DNA of 64,000 bases from Desulfurococcaceae archaeon (GCA_038824035.1 JAWBBW010000001.1:101508-165507); one strand, 5' to 3'; numbered from the stretch's first letter, positions 1 to 9,980 are shown. Made by a program: numbers and translations. Notes: a model not told the origin generated them from the letters alone.

Positions 1-642
1 TGTTAAGTGTATAAAGCCGTTGATAAAGCCCAAGGCGGCGTAAATGGCCTCGAGCGATGCAGCCCCCATGATCCTTGTCTTAACCCTCATTCCTAGTTCT
101 TTGAAATACCTATCGATAACATTGATCTCATCTATGTCCTCGGAGTAAATAGAGAACACGTGGTTATCCCTGTCCAGATAAGTATTGATCCTAACTCCAT
201 TAACGAACACAGTTGCATTGAACACTTCGTAAATATCCCTGGTGAAAATGTTCTCGACCACGCCGTATATAGGCTTCGTATATGTAGCACGTGGATCGCC
301 ATTTACCCGGTAGATCGCCATGGATACAGCTGCAAAGGGGATTTGGGATACATAATTCGCACTGCCATCTAGTGGGTCTAATAACACTATGTAATCTGGC
401 TTTTCACATAGTTTATAGAGACCTCTTTCCTCGCTCACAACCCATGTCTTTAAACCGGTCTTATGTATGGCATCGATGGCGTAGTCCTCGGCTATGATGT
501 CTATTTTCCTCGTTAAATCGCCCATGACGTTCTCGCCTATAACCACACTGTATTGATCCAGTCCATAGTGATCCCTGAGAAGCCCTGCAATATCACTTGC
601 TATGTCCTTAATGACCCTTGGTAAATCGATATCAGTGCTCAA
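1..642 (-). CDS. suhB: Inositol monophosphatase / FBPase class IV (runs off the window edge)
   Basis: Manual translation: MSTDIDLPRV...GDLTRKIDIIAE...VVSEE...LLDPLDGSANY. DPLDGS and SEE metal motifs present. Absent from the ORF track because it is truncated. Confidence 0.85.
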   Translation of the reverse strand, partial: MSTDIDLPRVIKDIASDIAGLLRDHYGLDQYSVVIGENVMGDLTRKIDIIAEDYAIDAIHKTGLKTWVVSEERGLYKLCEKPDYIVLLDPLDGSANYVSQIPFAAVSMAIYRVNGDPRATYTKPIYGVVENIFTRDIYEVFNATVFVNGVRINTYLDRDNHVFSIYSEDIDEINVIDRYFKELGMRVKTRIMGAASLEAIYAALGFINGFIHLT

Positions 643-712
643 CACATCCCCCTGTTTCGAATAGGCTGTAATGTATTTTTAATCTTTCACGCAATTTCTA
701 AATAATGGCAAA

Positions 713-786
713 GCCGCCGTAGCTCAGCCTGGTGGAGCGCTGCCCTGGTAAGGCAGAGGTCCCGGGTTCAAATCCCGGCGGCGGCT
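713..786 (+). tRNA. tRNA-Thr(GGT), no intron, CCA not encoded
   Basis: Cloverleaf: acceptor GCCGCCG/CGGCGGC, D-arm GCTC/GAGC, anticodon arm CTGCC-CTGGTAA-GGCAG, T-arm CCGGG-TTCAAAT-CCCGG. Confidence 0.97.
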
Positions 787-804
787 TTGCTCGTGAATAA
801 GGGC

Positions 805-1161
805 TTATTCTGCCCTGAATCTACGTATCTTTACACCTTTTTCCTTGCAAAACTTGTAAACATCTTCTGGTAGCTCTACGCCCCCATATATAACCAGTAT
901 TGGCTTGGCCCGGATTAGTTTGCTCTTCTCCAAGAACTTCTCAACACTTGATATGGATAGGTCCTTCTTTGAGTCAACAACCTCTATGGCTAAGACCTCC
1001 CCCTTATTCCCCCTAGCCAATATCTCAATGGCACCGTGTCTAGTTGGGTGATTCAACTCCACGCTATAGCCAGCTTTCACATATCTTGAAGCCACTTTGC
1101 CTATTACACCATACCTGTCTTCGAGTATTTTAGCCAGATAAGCAAGCCTGGGTGTAGTCAT
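805..1161 (-). CDS. Small restriction-endonuclease-like (PD-(D/E)xK fold) protein, active site apparently degenerate
   Basis: Start reassigned to ATG 1161 (GGTG RBS), because the longer ORF runs through tRNA-His. Pattern YxKAGYSV...EILA...LAIEV. Confidence 0.6.
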   Translation of the reverse strand: MTTPRLAYLAKILEDRYGVIGKVASRYVKAGYSVELNHPTRHGAIEILARGNKGEVLAIEVVDSKKDLSISSVEKFLEKSKLIRAKPILVIYGGVELPEDVYKFCKEKGVKIRRFRAE

Positions 1162-1254
1162 ATCTGACCACCGGGAGAATATAGTTATATTGGATAATGG
1201 TATAAAAGCTGTATAACCATGATCGCGGAAAGAAATTGTACAGCAATTGAAAAG

Positions 1255-1353
1255 GGCCCGGGCCGGGATTTGAACCCGGGACCTCCGGGTTTCCATCCCC
1301 CTCATATCGGGGTCCACAGCCCGGCGCTCTAACCAGGCTGAGCTACCCGGGCC
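1255..1353 (-). tRNA. tRNA-His(GTG) with 23-nt intron at 37/38 (1291-1313); G at position -1
   Basis: Acceptor GCCCGGG/CCCGGGC plus C73. Anticodon arm CCGGG-CT-GTG-G[intron]A-CCCGG. BHB formed by GGA bulge, CUGU/AUGG helix and AAA bulge. Confidence 0.95.
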
Positions 1354-1528
1354 ACTTTTACATGGGAGTCGTGGCCCAAGTTCATCATCGCTTGATAGCT
1401 CCTTGTTCGGGCCCTTTTCCAGCCTCATTATATTAAATGTGATTTTATAGGAGTTTTAATATTTTACCCCTTTATCACAACAACTTGTTTTTAACCAAAA
1501 CATATTTGACATATATAAGGGGTGCATT

Positions 1529-1750
1529 ATGTCATCTAGCAAACCACGGGACATATATCTACCAATACACGCGTTGCCATCTTGCAGTGTTTCGAGTGAT
1601 TGCCCCTTTTTACAGATAGTGGAGGTGAGTAGTGATAGCGATAAATACTGTGTTGCCTATTGCAAAGCCATAGGCAGATATCTCACCAGGTCATTTATCA
1701 AGAAATGTGAATTATATTGGTCTTCATGCCCTCTTCTCAAATTCTCCTAA
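1529..1750 (+). CDS. Small cysteine-rich hypothetical protein, possibly metal-binding
   Basis: GGGGTG RBS and upstream TATA; CPF...YC...RYL...KC...W..CP pattern. Confidence 0.65.
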   Translation: MSSSKPRDIYLPIHALPSCSVSSDCPFLQIVEVSSDSDKYCVAYCKAIGRYLTRSFIKKCELYWSSCPLLKFS

Positions 1751-1963
1751 ATGTTTCTTAGATATCCTGAACAGCCTCAATCTCCCGATCCTTCTCTCGA
1801 TCACCACTCCTTTGCTCACCAGTTCTTCGAGTACTCCAACCAAGCTATAATAACTGAGCCCTGTCTCTCGTAGTAGTTTGTTGAAATTACATTCACCTAG
1901 CTCCACGAGAACACGTAACACCTTTTCCCGTGGATCAATACGCCTGGGTTTCTTAGATTCCAA
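1724..1963 (-). CDS. Winged helix-turn-helix protein
   Basis: FNKLLRETGLSYYSLVGVLEELVSKGVV...GRLRLF; overlaps the orc1/cdc6 stop. Confidence 0.75.
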   Translation of the reverse strand: MESKKPRRIDPREKVLRVLVELGECNFNKLLRETGLSYYSLVGVLEELVSKGVVIERRIGRLRLFRISKKHLGEFEKRA

Positions 1964-3185
1964 GCTCTTTCCTCTTCTTGATTATGTCCTCGATGTATTT
2001 CTCAAGTACATCTAGAGGGCCATAGTGAATCGTGACAAGCGTTGTGCGTCCTCTATGCCCTTTACCACTTGGATACGCATGTATTATCCCAGTTCTAGCA
2101 AGGCTTTGTATGTATTCATATATCTGTGTATGTCTACGCGGATATTCATTATAGATATCGCATAGAACCCTGTACTCCTCTTCAATCTCCCCCATTTTGA
2201 CCTCTTTTACACCACTCCTCCTAAGTAGCTTGACGATGCTTAGGAGCACTAGTAATTCGTGTAATGGGCTATTGCGTATAGACTCACTTATGCTTACTAT
2301 ATCCCGTGATAAGCTCATAATAGCCTTTCTCACGTGTTCGAGTGTTATTTTACGAGAACCCTCTTTCTCAGCTATATCGCCTGACATCAACAATATTTCC
2401 AGTGCATGCCTAGCGTTTCCACCACCACCCTTGTCCACGCCCTCGTATTCCGCTATGAATTTCAGGGTTTCCTCATCATACGTGTTCTCGAAAAACGATA
2501 ACTCGGCTCTGTATTTCAATATGTCGTAGAGCTGGCTCGAAGTATAGGGCTCTAACTTAACCATGTGTCTGAGTAAATAGCCCTCTGTCACGGGGTCTAG
2601 GAATGCTAGTTTCGACATATCGGTTGCTATGAAGATGTAGTTCAGGTACTTAATACCCTCATGTGCATCATAGGTCCTGGCTATGAAATACACAGAGTCC
2701 TTTCCAGCAATACTCGCGAAATAATGAAATTCGTCCAGGGCTGCGATGACATACATATCCGTCTCCTCGAGATATGTGAGGAGGGCGTCAAACATCTCTT
2801 TCACGGAGAGCCCACGTGATGGTATTGGTATGTTTAATTGGCTAGCTATATCGTAGATCACGTTGAATAATGTCCTGTTTCTATGGCAATTGACATGTAC
2901 ATATGCAACTCTATAGCCCTTTTCACTTGCTAGGCGAACGAATGATCTCCCGAAGAGCCTTGTCAAAGCTGTTTTACCGGTCCCAACACCTCCTATCACT
3001 AATACACGTTGTGAAATTGAACCTGGGCTTGTGACAAGGTGTTTGAAATACGAAACCAGTTGCCTCAGTTCATTGTCCCTGTGTGGCAGGGAATCCGGTA
3101 TATACTCCGGCATCAAACTCTCTCTGCTCTTGAATATAGAGGGCCTGTTTAATTCCTCCTCTATGATTTTCCATGCATCGCTCAT
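1953..3185 (-). CDS. cdc6: Orc1/Cdc6 AAA+ protein, Orc1-2 (Cdc6-2)-like
   Basis: PEYIPDSLPHR, Walker A GGVGTGKT, Walker B LDEF, GNAR sensor, C-terminal wHTH GHRGRTT. Confidence 0.95.
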   Translation of the reverse strand: MSDAWKIIEEELNRPSIFKSRESLMPEYIPDSLPHRDNELRQLVSYFKHLVTSPGSISQRVLVIGGVGTGKTALTRLFGRSFVRLASEKGYRVAYVHVNCHRNRTLFNVIYDIASQLNIPIPSRGLSVKEMFDALLTYLEETDMYVIAALDEFHYFASIAGKDSVYFIARTYDAHEGIKYLNYIFIATDMSKLAFLDPVTEGYLLRHMVKLEPYTSSQLYDILKYRAELSFFENTYDEETLKFIAEYEGVDKGGGGNARHALEILLMSGDIAEKEGSRKITLEHVRKAIMSLSRDIVSISESIRNSPLHELLVLLSIVKLLRRSGVKEVKMGEIEEEYRVLCDIYNEYPRRHTQIYEYIQSLARTGIIHAYPSGKGHRGRTTLVTIHYGPLDVLEKYIEDIIKKRKELGI

Positions 3186-3222
3186 CCGTTAACCACACCG
3201 AAACTTTCACTTCACTATATTT

Positions 3223-3723
3223 TTAACTATGCTTAAAAACCGGGTGGCAATAACCAAGGCCTATAAAAGTCTCTTCATCCACTATCTCCACGTATAGGCA
3301 AGTGTTTGAACCAGGATCATGGCGTATACCACGAAGTAATAAGAGCTCCTTGATTTCTCTGAAAATGGATGTGCTAACACCGCGTATACCTCGCGCTTTT
3401 ACCCTTATCTTAATATTACTGGTCTCGAACCTCAACTTATCAATACATTGCTCGAGTAATTCTTTCCCAGGTATCCCCTTGAAACTACATATAACAGGCA
3501 CTATGTTTTCCACGAATCCATATTCCCTCATAGAGGATGCTCTATAAGCCCTCAATGGATCCATATTGCTGAAAACCATCACTAAACCGGGGTATTTCGA
3601 TGGTTCAACCTTCACATAGGGATCTAACCTGAATAACACATTTCCAATTTCATGCATACAGAGAGTGGTATTGCCAGATCTACATGTAACAAGTAGTACC
3701 GGTTTCACAGCTCTCTCAGACAC
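3223..3723 (-). CDS. THUMP-domain RNA-binding protein
   Basis: LLVTCRSG...EIGNVL...IRVKARG...LYVEI. Start reassigned to a GTG downstream of GGGTG. Confidence 0.65.
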   Translation of the reverse strand: MSERAVKPVLLVTCRSGNTTLCMHEIGNVLFRLDPYVKVEPSKYPGLVMVFSNMDPLRAYRASSMREYGFVENIVPVICSFKGIPGKELLEQCIDKLRFETSNIKIRVKARGIRGVSTSIFREIKELLLLRGIRHDPGSNTCLYVEIVDEETFIGLGYCHPVFKHS

Positions 3724-3853
3724 ATAACACACCCATGTCATCACAATGAGTGTTGATGTCGCCTTCTTTAATATGTTGATTAATACATTGCCTTGAAATG
3801 CTTTTGAAAAATATTGTGAAAAGCCATTGTATGCCCTCGTTGACGTGGTTGAC

Positions 3854-5169
3854 ATGTGTCAAATCATGGACTCTATGAAAAAGATACAGCTCATTAAAGA
3901 CCTTTTAAAGGAAATACACAGCAGCGTTGATCCAGTTAAATTGAGAGAAAGATTCAAAGAGATCTTGCAGAGAGTATCTCCATTCGAAATACCGCTCATA
4001 AAGCAAGAATTGATCAAGGAAGACATATCAATAAATTAGGTGCTAAGATTATGCGATCTACATGTCGAGTTTTTCAAAGAGATTTTGGTGGACAGGGAGT
4101 TGAAAGAACTTACCAAGGACCATCCACTTGAATTATTAATGAGAGAAAATGAATGGATCCTCAGGAACACCGAGGTACTCGGCATATATGCACAGGCCCT
4201 GTTAAACACAAATGATCCCGAGAGGATTAGGCAACATGTAGAGGTGATTACAAAGCTCTTAATGGATTTGAGAAAAATAAGACTGCGTTATAGGGAAATA
4301 CAGATGTTAGTATTTCCCATATCTAAAGAGGGTGGATATAATAGCCGTGCCGCGCGTACTATGGGGGCGAGAAGACCAGGTCATTGTGAAGCTGAGATCA
4401 CTGGTTTCAGGAATAAATATGATCGATGTATTTAACCGCGAGAAAATAACTGAATTGGTCAATAAACTCAGGGAAATGGTTCGAGAAATCACCGAGTTGG
4501 TGTTTTGTGGAAACAAAATCCTTTTCCCAGCTATACATATACTATTACCAGAGGGGCCTGGACAGTTATCAGTGAAATAGCCAGTGAAATAGGTCTATGT
4601 AATGGATATCGAGGGATCTGAGTGGAAACCAATAGCCAAGCCCGTATATTCCTATGAATTGGAACCAGCATTTACCTGGACAAATTTGAGAAATTGCCGG
4701 GGGAGTTTAGATCACTGATATCGAGATCGCTACAAATGGATATATAGCGTAAAACACGAAGGAGACTTGGTGTTTAAAACAGGGTTCTTGACGCCAGAGG
4801 AGGTCAAGGGTATTTTCAGGCCATTATCAATTGAAATAACCTATGCCGATGTCAATGACAGGGTCAGGTTTCGCACCAATAGCAACTTGGTCAAAGGCTT
4901 GTCAAGACAAAGACAATACTTGGAAGAAGGCTGGCTTCATGTCATCCACCTTGGCTTGAGAACTACGTGATGTGCGATGTCGAGGCACTTAAACGAGTGG
5001 GTTTGAATATAGAGAGTTCTGGACAAGGCTTAGTGACAAAGGTAATCGGGGTCATTATAGCCCCCTGTTAAAACCAGGGATAAATCACCAGGCATAGCGG
5101 AGATGGTTGAAGATCTCACGGAAATCGTTGAAAAACTGATGAAGTCAAAAGAAAATAATTGTCTTGTAA
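3854..5169 (+). pseudogene. DUF438 / hemerythrin-like / PAS protein, disrupted
   Basis: Fragments SPFEIPLI.QELI, LCDLHVE, HPLELLMREN, VPRVLWGRED and EITYADVNDRVRF lie in different frames. In-frame TAG at 4037-4039 plus several frameshifts. Confidence 0.85.
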
Positions 5170-5208
5170 CAAAGTTGGCACAGTGTTTTTAAAAAAAGTA
5201 GTGAAGGC

Positions 5209-6567
5209 TTATACCCTAGGTAGATACGAGAGATCTATTTCCCCGGGTTCATAATCACGTAGTCTACCCTCGTTGTGATCTAGATATCCCTGTAGATCTA
5301 GCAAACCATGGCCACTCATATTGAACAATATCACCTTTCTCTCATTTCTCTCCTTGGCCTTAAGTGCTAGGTCTATGACAGCCTTCACGGCGTGGGCTGA
5401 TTCAGGCGCAGGCACTATGCCCTCAACTTGTGCGAACAACTTCGCTGCCTCGAAAACCTCTGTTTGATTATAGGCAATAGGCGTGACCACCTTGTTCTTG
5501 ACAAGCAATGCGAGTGTTGGCGCCACTCCGTGATATCTCAAGCCACCTGCATGTATTGGTGGCGGTGTGTAACGATGGCCAATTGTATACATTTTCAATA
5601 ATGGTGTTAGACCAGCTGTATCTCCGTGGTCATATGTATATACTCCTCTTGTCATCGAGGGCACAGATTTCGGCTCAACCGCTATGAACGATGTGTCCTT
5701 TTTCCTACCTCTGATAATGGATTCATAGTAGAATGGGTATGCTAATCCAGCGAAATTGCTGCCACCACCAACACATCCAACCACGTAATCCGGTAGATCC
5801 TCTCCTATGTATTCTAATTGCCCAAGGGCTTCCAAGCCTATGATCGTCTGATGGAGTAGCACGTGGTTTAGCACAGAGCCCAGGCTATATTTTGTGTTTG
5901 GATGCGTTAACGCATCTTCTATTGCCTCGCTAATGGCGATCCCCAGGGAACCGGGGTGATCCGGGTTATTGGCTAAGACGGCTTTACCGGAATTTGTGTA
6001 TTTGCTAGGACTCGGAACCACTTCTGCCCCGTATAATTGCATCAACACCCTCCTATACGGCTTTTGCTCGTAGCTAACTCTCACCATGTAAACCCTCACC
6101 TTTAACCCGAACAAAGCCCCAGCCAGTGCCAGAGCAGATCCCCATTGACCTGCCCCAGTCTCCGTTGTCAATCTCTCAACACCCTCGGTCATGTTGAAAT
6201 AGGCCTGTGCTGTTGCAGTATTGACCTTGTGTGACCCAGTCGGCATAACTCCTTCATATTTATAATAGATCCTGGCCGGGGTCCCAAGATATTCCTCGAG
6301 TCTTCTAGCCCTCAATAAAGGGGTTGGCCTACCCATCTCAGCGTAGAGCGTTCTCAGTTCTTCTGGAATCTCAATAAACCTCGATGTGGAGAACTCTTGT
6401 TGTACGAGTGATTTGGGGAATATGGCCTCTAACTCACATGGTTGCACTATGCTACCATCGGGTTTCTTCATTGGAGGAAGGGGTTCTGGGAGATCTGGCA
6501 GAATATTGTACCAGTATTTTGGTATAAGGTCTATTGTTTGAATAGATCTCAATTGCTTTAAATCCAT
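5209..6567 (-). CDS. trpB2: Tryptophan synthase beta chain type 2 (TrpB2)
   Basis: GSHKVN PLP lysine, [29 protein letters not shown]. Start reassigned to ATG 6567. Confidence 0.95.
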   Translation of the reverse strand: MDLKQLRSIQTIDLIPKYWYNILPDLPEPLPPMKKPDGSIVQPCELEAIFPKSLVQQEFSTSRFIEIPEELRTLYAEMGRPTPLLRARRLEEYLGTPARIYYKYEGVMPTGSHKVNTATAQAYFNMTEGVERLTTETGAGQWGSALALAGALFGLKVRVYMVRVSYEQKPYRRVLMQLYGAEVVPSPSKYTNSGKAVLANNPDHPGSLGIAISEAIEDALTHPNTKYSLGSVLNHVLLHQTIIGLEALGQLEYIGEDLPDYVVGCVGGGSNFAGLAYPFYYESIIRGRKKDTSFIAVEPKSVPSMTRGVYTYDHGDTAGLTPLLKMYTIGHRYTPPPIHAGGLRYHGVAPTLALLVKNKVVTPIAYNQTEVFEAAKLFAQVEGIVPAPESAHAVKAVIDLALKAKERNERKVILFNMSGHGLLDLQGYLDHNEGRLRDYEPGEIDLSYLPRV

Positions 6568-6736
6568 TGGCGCATTATCCCACCTGGCATTCAATAAATA
6601 ATACAAGTTGAGTATATAAATCTTCACAAAGTCCGATCCAAGCTTTATAATATCATAGGGTTTCACTGGGGTTATATATCCGTGGAGATATTACATGGCG
6701 TTGAGTGGGTTTTTGGTCAATCACTGGTGATCGTCT

Positions 6737-7243
6737 TTGAAAGTGGCCATCGTGTATTACTCTAGGACTGGTAACACCGAGCGCGTTGTATATGCGTTAA
6801 AGGATAGATTAACGGATTTGGGGATTTTGGTTGATGTTTACAGGGTTTTACCCATAACTGAATACGCGAAACCTCTTCACCTGAATCCACGCCTAATACG
6901 CGATACCCTTGTTAGAAGGGATACTGATATCGTGTTTAAGCCAGGTGAGCCGAGGTTACAGGAATACGACCTCATAGTAATGGCTTCACCAGTGTGGTAT
7001 AACACCATTGCACCGCCAATCCAGGGGTTTCTCAGGAGGCATGTCGCTGGAAAACCATTAGTGGTGATCACGACGAGTGGCCTCAGTGTGGATTACTCCG
7101 AGAAAATAAAAAGAGTCGTCAAAGAGCTCAGCGGGGTTGAACCGATTTTCTGTGTAAACATCGTGGCGAAGAACATTAACAGAAAAGCAGAACTCGATGA
7201 AATTGTCAAAGGCATTGCCGAGAAGATTGTGAGACGTGGGTAA
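6737..7243 (+). CDS. Flavodoxin family protein
   Basis: YYSRTGNT FMN loop; ASPVW. Confidence 0.9.
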   Translation: MKVAIVYYSRTGNTERVVYALKDRLTDLGILVDVYRVLPITEYAKPLHLNPRLIRDTLVRRDTDIVFKPGEPRLQEYDLIVMASPVWYNTIAPPIQGFLRRHVAGKPLVVITTSGLSVDYSEKIKRVVKELSGVEPIFCVNIVAKNINRKAELDEIVKGIAEKIVRRG

Positions 7244-7304
7244 GCCTTGTTAGGTAACAAGATCCCTAGGACATCCAAACCCATGATTTATGAGGACTAA
7301 GTTA

Positions 7305-8234
7305 TCAATTCCCCCGATCGATCAACATATAACCCTTCATAGAGTCAATAGTGTATCTAAGCCCTGTTTCCAGCGGTGTGAACACCATGTTTATGGCTGA
7401 GATCAGTTTTCTATTATCGGCATAGCTATTCTTTATATCGCCCGGTCTCTCCGCTTCATATATTATGTCCACATCTCTATTTACCAGTCTTTTCACAAGC
7501 AATGCAAGCTCTTTTATGGATGTGGATACACCTGTTCCAACGTTATATACATCACCCGTGATCATATCTTTATTTATAAACCTATATATGACTTCAGCGA
7601 CGTCCTTTACATACACGAAATCCCTTGTGTTATTTCCATCACCGTAGATCACCAGGGGTTTATTCCTCAAAGCCCTCTCAATGAATGCCCCTACAACCCC
7701 TGCATAGGCACCGCTCTGACCAGGTCCATACACGTTGAAAAGCCTTAGAATAATGTGTTTCAAGTTGTATATTTTCTCGAAATGCTTGATCACAAGTTCA
7801 CCCAGGTACTTGCTCAGCCCATAAGGCGAAAGCGGGTTTATCGGGTGGTCCTCCGATATTGGCAATTTCACGGGATTGCCATAAACGGATGCCGAACTCG
7901 TGTAAATGAGCTTGCACTCGGCTTTGACACATCCATGAGCGATCCTCGCAACGCCGATGACGTTATTATCGAGGTATTCAACGGGCCTTTCCATCGATTC
8001 AGCCACGTTAATGTATGCAGCAGCGTGGATGACTATGTTGAATCCCCCACAACACTCGAAGGACCTCACATCGGCTTTAACTATGGGTATGCCGTGGTTT
8101 TCCAGCAAACTAACGATATATTCATTACAACGCTCCAGGTTATCTATGACAACCACGTCGAAACCCTTCTCAGCCAGGTAAATGGCTATGTGACCACCTA
8201 TGAAACCTGCACCACCGGTCACAGCTATCCTCAT
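7305..8234 (-). CDS. NAD-dependent epimerase/dehydratase (GalE-like)
   Basis: TGGAGFIG, SSASVYG, YGLSK, RLFNVYGPGQ, RDFVYV. Confidence 0.92.
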   Translation of the reverse strand: MRIAVTGGAGFIGGHIAIYLAEKGFDVVVIDNLERCNEYIVSLLENHGIPIVKADVRSFECCGGFNIVIHAAAYINVAESMERPVEYLDNNVIGVARIAHGCVKAECKLIYTSSASVYGNPVKLPISEDHPINPLSPYGLSKYLGELVIKHFEKIYNLKHIILRLFNVYGPGQSGAYAGVVGAFIERALRNKPLVIYGDGNNTRDFVYVKDVAEVIYRFINKDMITGDVYNVGTGVSTSIKELALLVKRLVNRDVDIIYEAERPGDIKNSYADNRKLISAINMVFTPLETGLRYTIDSMKGYMLIDRGN

Positions 8235-8873
8235 GATAATCGCCGCTCGTGATTGAACCTCGTATTCCACATATCCTAGTATCCTAATTAATCAACTTGC
8301 ATATCTGTTCTCACATTTCCATTAACATAGCTTCGGGCGTTGCGACTTGACATTTTTCGTTATCCCAGGATATACCTGGTATTAGCCATAAAAGGGTTGT
8401 ATGCATCTGTTCCATATCACTATGATGTTGCTTAGTTAAAAACCCATTTACTTGTGGAAAGAGTGGGATTTTGAAAGTCCTTGACAACGCGTTGTCACTG
8501 TGAGAGAGAAAAATAGTAGAGAACTCGATGAGGGTTAAATCATGTTCTAAATCGCCGTGCACATTCATTAGGATTTCAATGTTATGGGAAAGATCAGGCG
8601 AAATGGCTGAGATCATTTCATGCCTGAAAGAGAGATTCACGAGAACCAGTTACCTGCTTGACAATTTCTTACCTGGCAAGGGGCTTACCAACGAGTTCAT
8701 TGTTCCATGTATGTTATTCAACTACGAGTTAGAGCAACACTTTGAGTCGACACCGATGTGCTTGACCTTCTCAGGGACGCTGGGTGAGACATTGATAACG
8801 CTGAGTTAGATAACGAGAAATAGTGATGGGGCAGCATCATAAACACCGCTCTTGTTGTATTCAAAGGCCCCTG

Positions 8874-9410
8874 TCATAGCATCTCGATAACCTCGTCTCT
8901 CAATGTCGTGAACCTATTCCTAGCCACATGAACTACGAAGCCAGCACCTAGATTAGGTTCGAAGTCCTTGAAGACGTCCTCCCTGTATTGATAAGCCAAT
9001 ACCTCGCCTATGTATAACACATGATCTCCGTAAACATGCCTACCAATGACCCTGCACTCTAGGTTTGCCAATGCGTTTTTCACAATGGGAACACTCGTCT
9101 TTTCACCACGTGTTAGGATAAGCCTTGTTCTCGCCAGTTTACCGGGCCCATGCTCTGTTCCAGCGATCCACACATCTCTCAACATTCCCATATGAGGCAC
9201 GCTTATCACGAACTCTCCGTATTTCTCGATCAACTTACATGTATACCTTATCGGCGCTATTGAGACAGCTATTAAAAAGGGCTTGGCAGATACAACTGTG
9301 ACCCAGTCAGCTGCCATGACATTTACTTCATCGCCTCTACCAGCCACGACAAGGTATGTCCTGAGTGGATATAAGAGCCTATATGCCACTAAAAACCACC
9401 TGGAATACAT
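8874..9410 (-). CDS. Flavin reductase-like FMN-binding protein
   Basis: NVMAADW...EFVISVP...LECRV...GDHVLYIGEV. Confidence 0.88.
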   Translation of the reverse strand: MYSRWFLVAYRLLYPLRTYLVVAGRGDEVNVMAADWVTVVSAKPFLIAVSIAPIRYTCKLIEKYGEFVISVPHMGMLRDVWIAGTEHGPGKLARTRLILTRGEKTSVPIVKNALANLECRVIGRHVYGDHVLYIGEVLAYQYREDVFKDFEPNLGAGFVVHVARNRFTTLRDEVIEML

Positions 9411-9505
9411 GTCTTGATTATTTTTTAAATAATATAATGGAGTAAACCCAATGTATTAAATCATTCATTTCCACTAATCGATATAGACAAGGGTTCATCA
9501 CAACA

Positions 9506-9823
9506 TCATGTGTTGTTCTCGAAAAAACCCTGGATCTCTCTCAATATCTCTTCTTCTGTTTTATCAACCTCTATGAGTTGATACTCGGCATACCCAGGTT
9601 TCCTCACTTCTTTATCGAGTTTCCTCTGGATATATTCAATGGCTTTTCTAGTAGGATGTGTAGCGATCTCTAAGTAAGCTCTAGCTATAGCAGCTATGCT
9701 TGCTTCTTGTAAAACTATGACCTGGTCTTTTAAGAAGATAGCGAGTCTCATATGCCTATGTCCAGGCGGTATGAAGGCGACGATCTTTAGGACATCGCTA
9801 TTGCTGTAAACCCTGATATTCAT
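9506..9823 (-). CDS. Conserved hypothetical protein
   Basis: 105-aa ORF with GTGGGA RBS and normal composition. Confidence 0.7.
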   Translation of the reverse strand: MNIRVYSNSDVLKIVAFIPPGHRHMRLAIFLKDQVIVLQEASIAAIARAYLEIATHPTRKAIEYIQRKLDKEVRKPGYAEYQLIEVDKTEEEILREIQGFFENNT

Positions 9824-9929
9824 TCTCCCACTATTAATAGCTGAGAATACATAAGGGGTATATTAAGAACACTACTCATCGTAGAAGTGTTTAAGTATTT
9901 CGATGACAGCTCATTGATCGCTGAATTGA

Positions 9930-9980
9930 TCTGGGAGGGGGCCATACATCATCCATCAGAGGGACAGCATTACTCTTCAT
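9930..9980 (-). ncRNA. Box C/D sRNA candidate
   Basis: C ATGAAGA, 14-nt guide, D' CTGA, C' ATGATGT, 12-nt guide, D CAGA; intergenic. Confidence 0.6.

Noticed and set aside
805-1428. 207-aa ORF as given in the track
   Set aside because: Its N-terminal 89 aa are read through tRNA-His; the real start is ATG 1161
1430-3860. Replication origin beside cdc6
   Set aside because: No ORB repeats or long AT-rich unwinding element; the protein looks like the Orc1-2 type
9455-9501. Minus-strand GTGATGA after the 9506 gene as a C/D sRNA
   Set aside because: No correctly spaced D box
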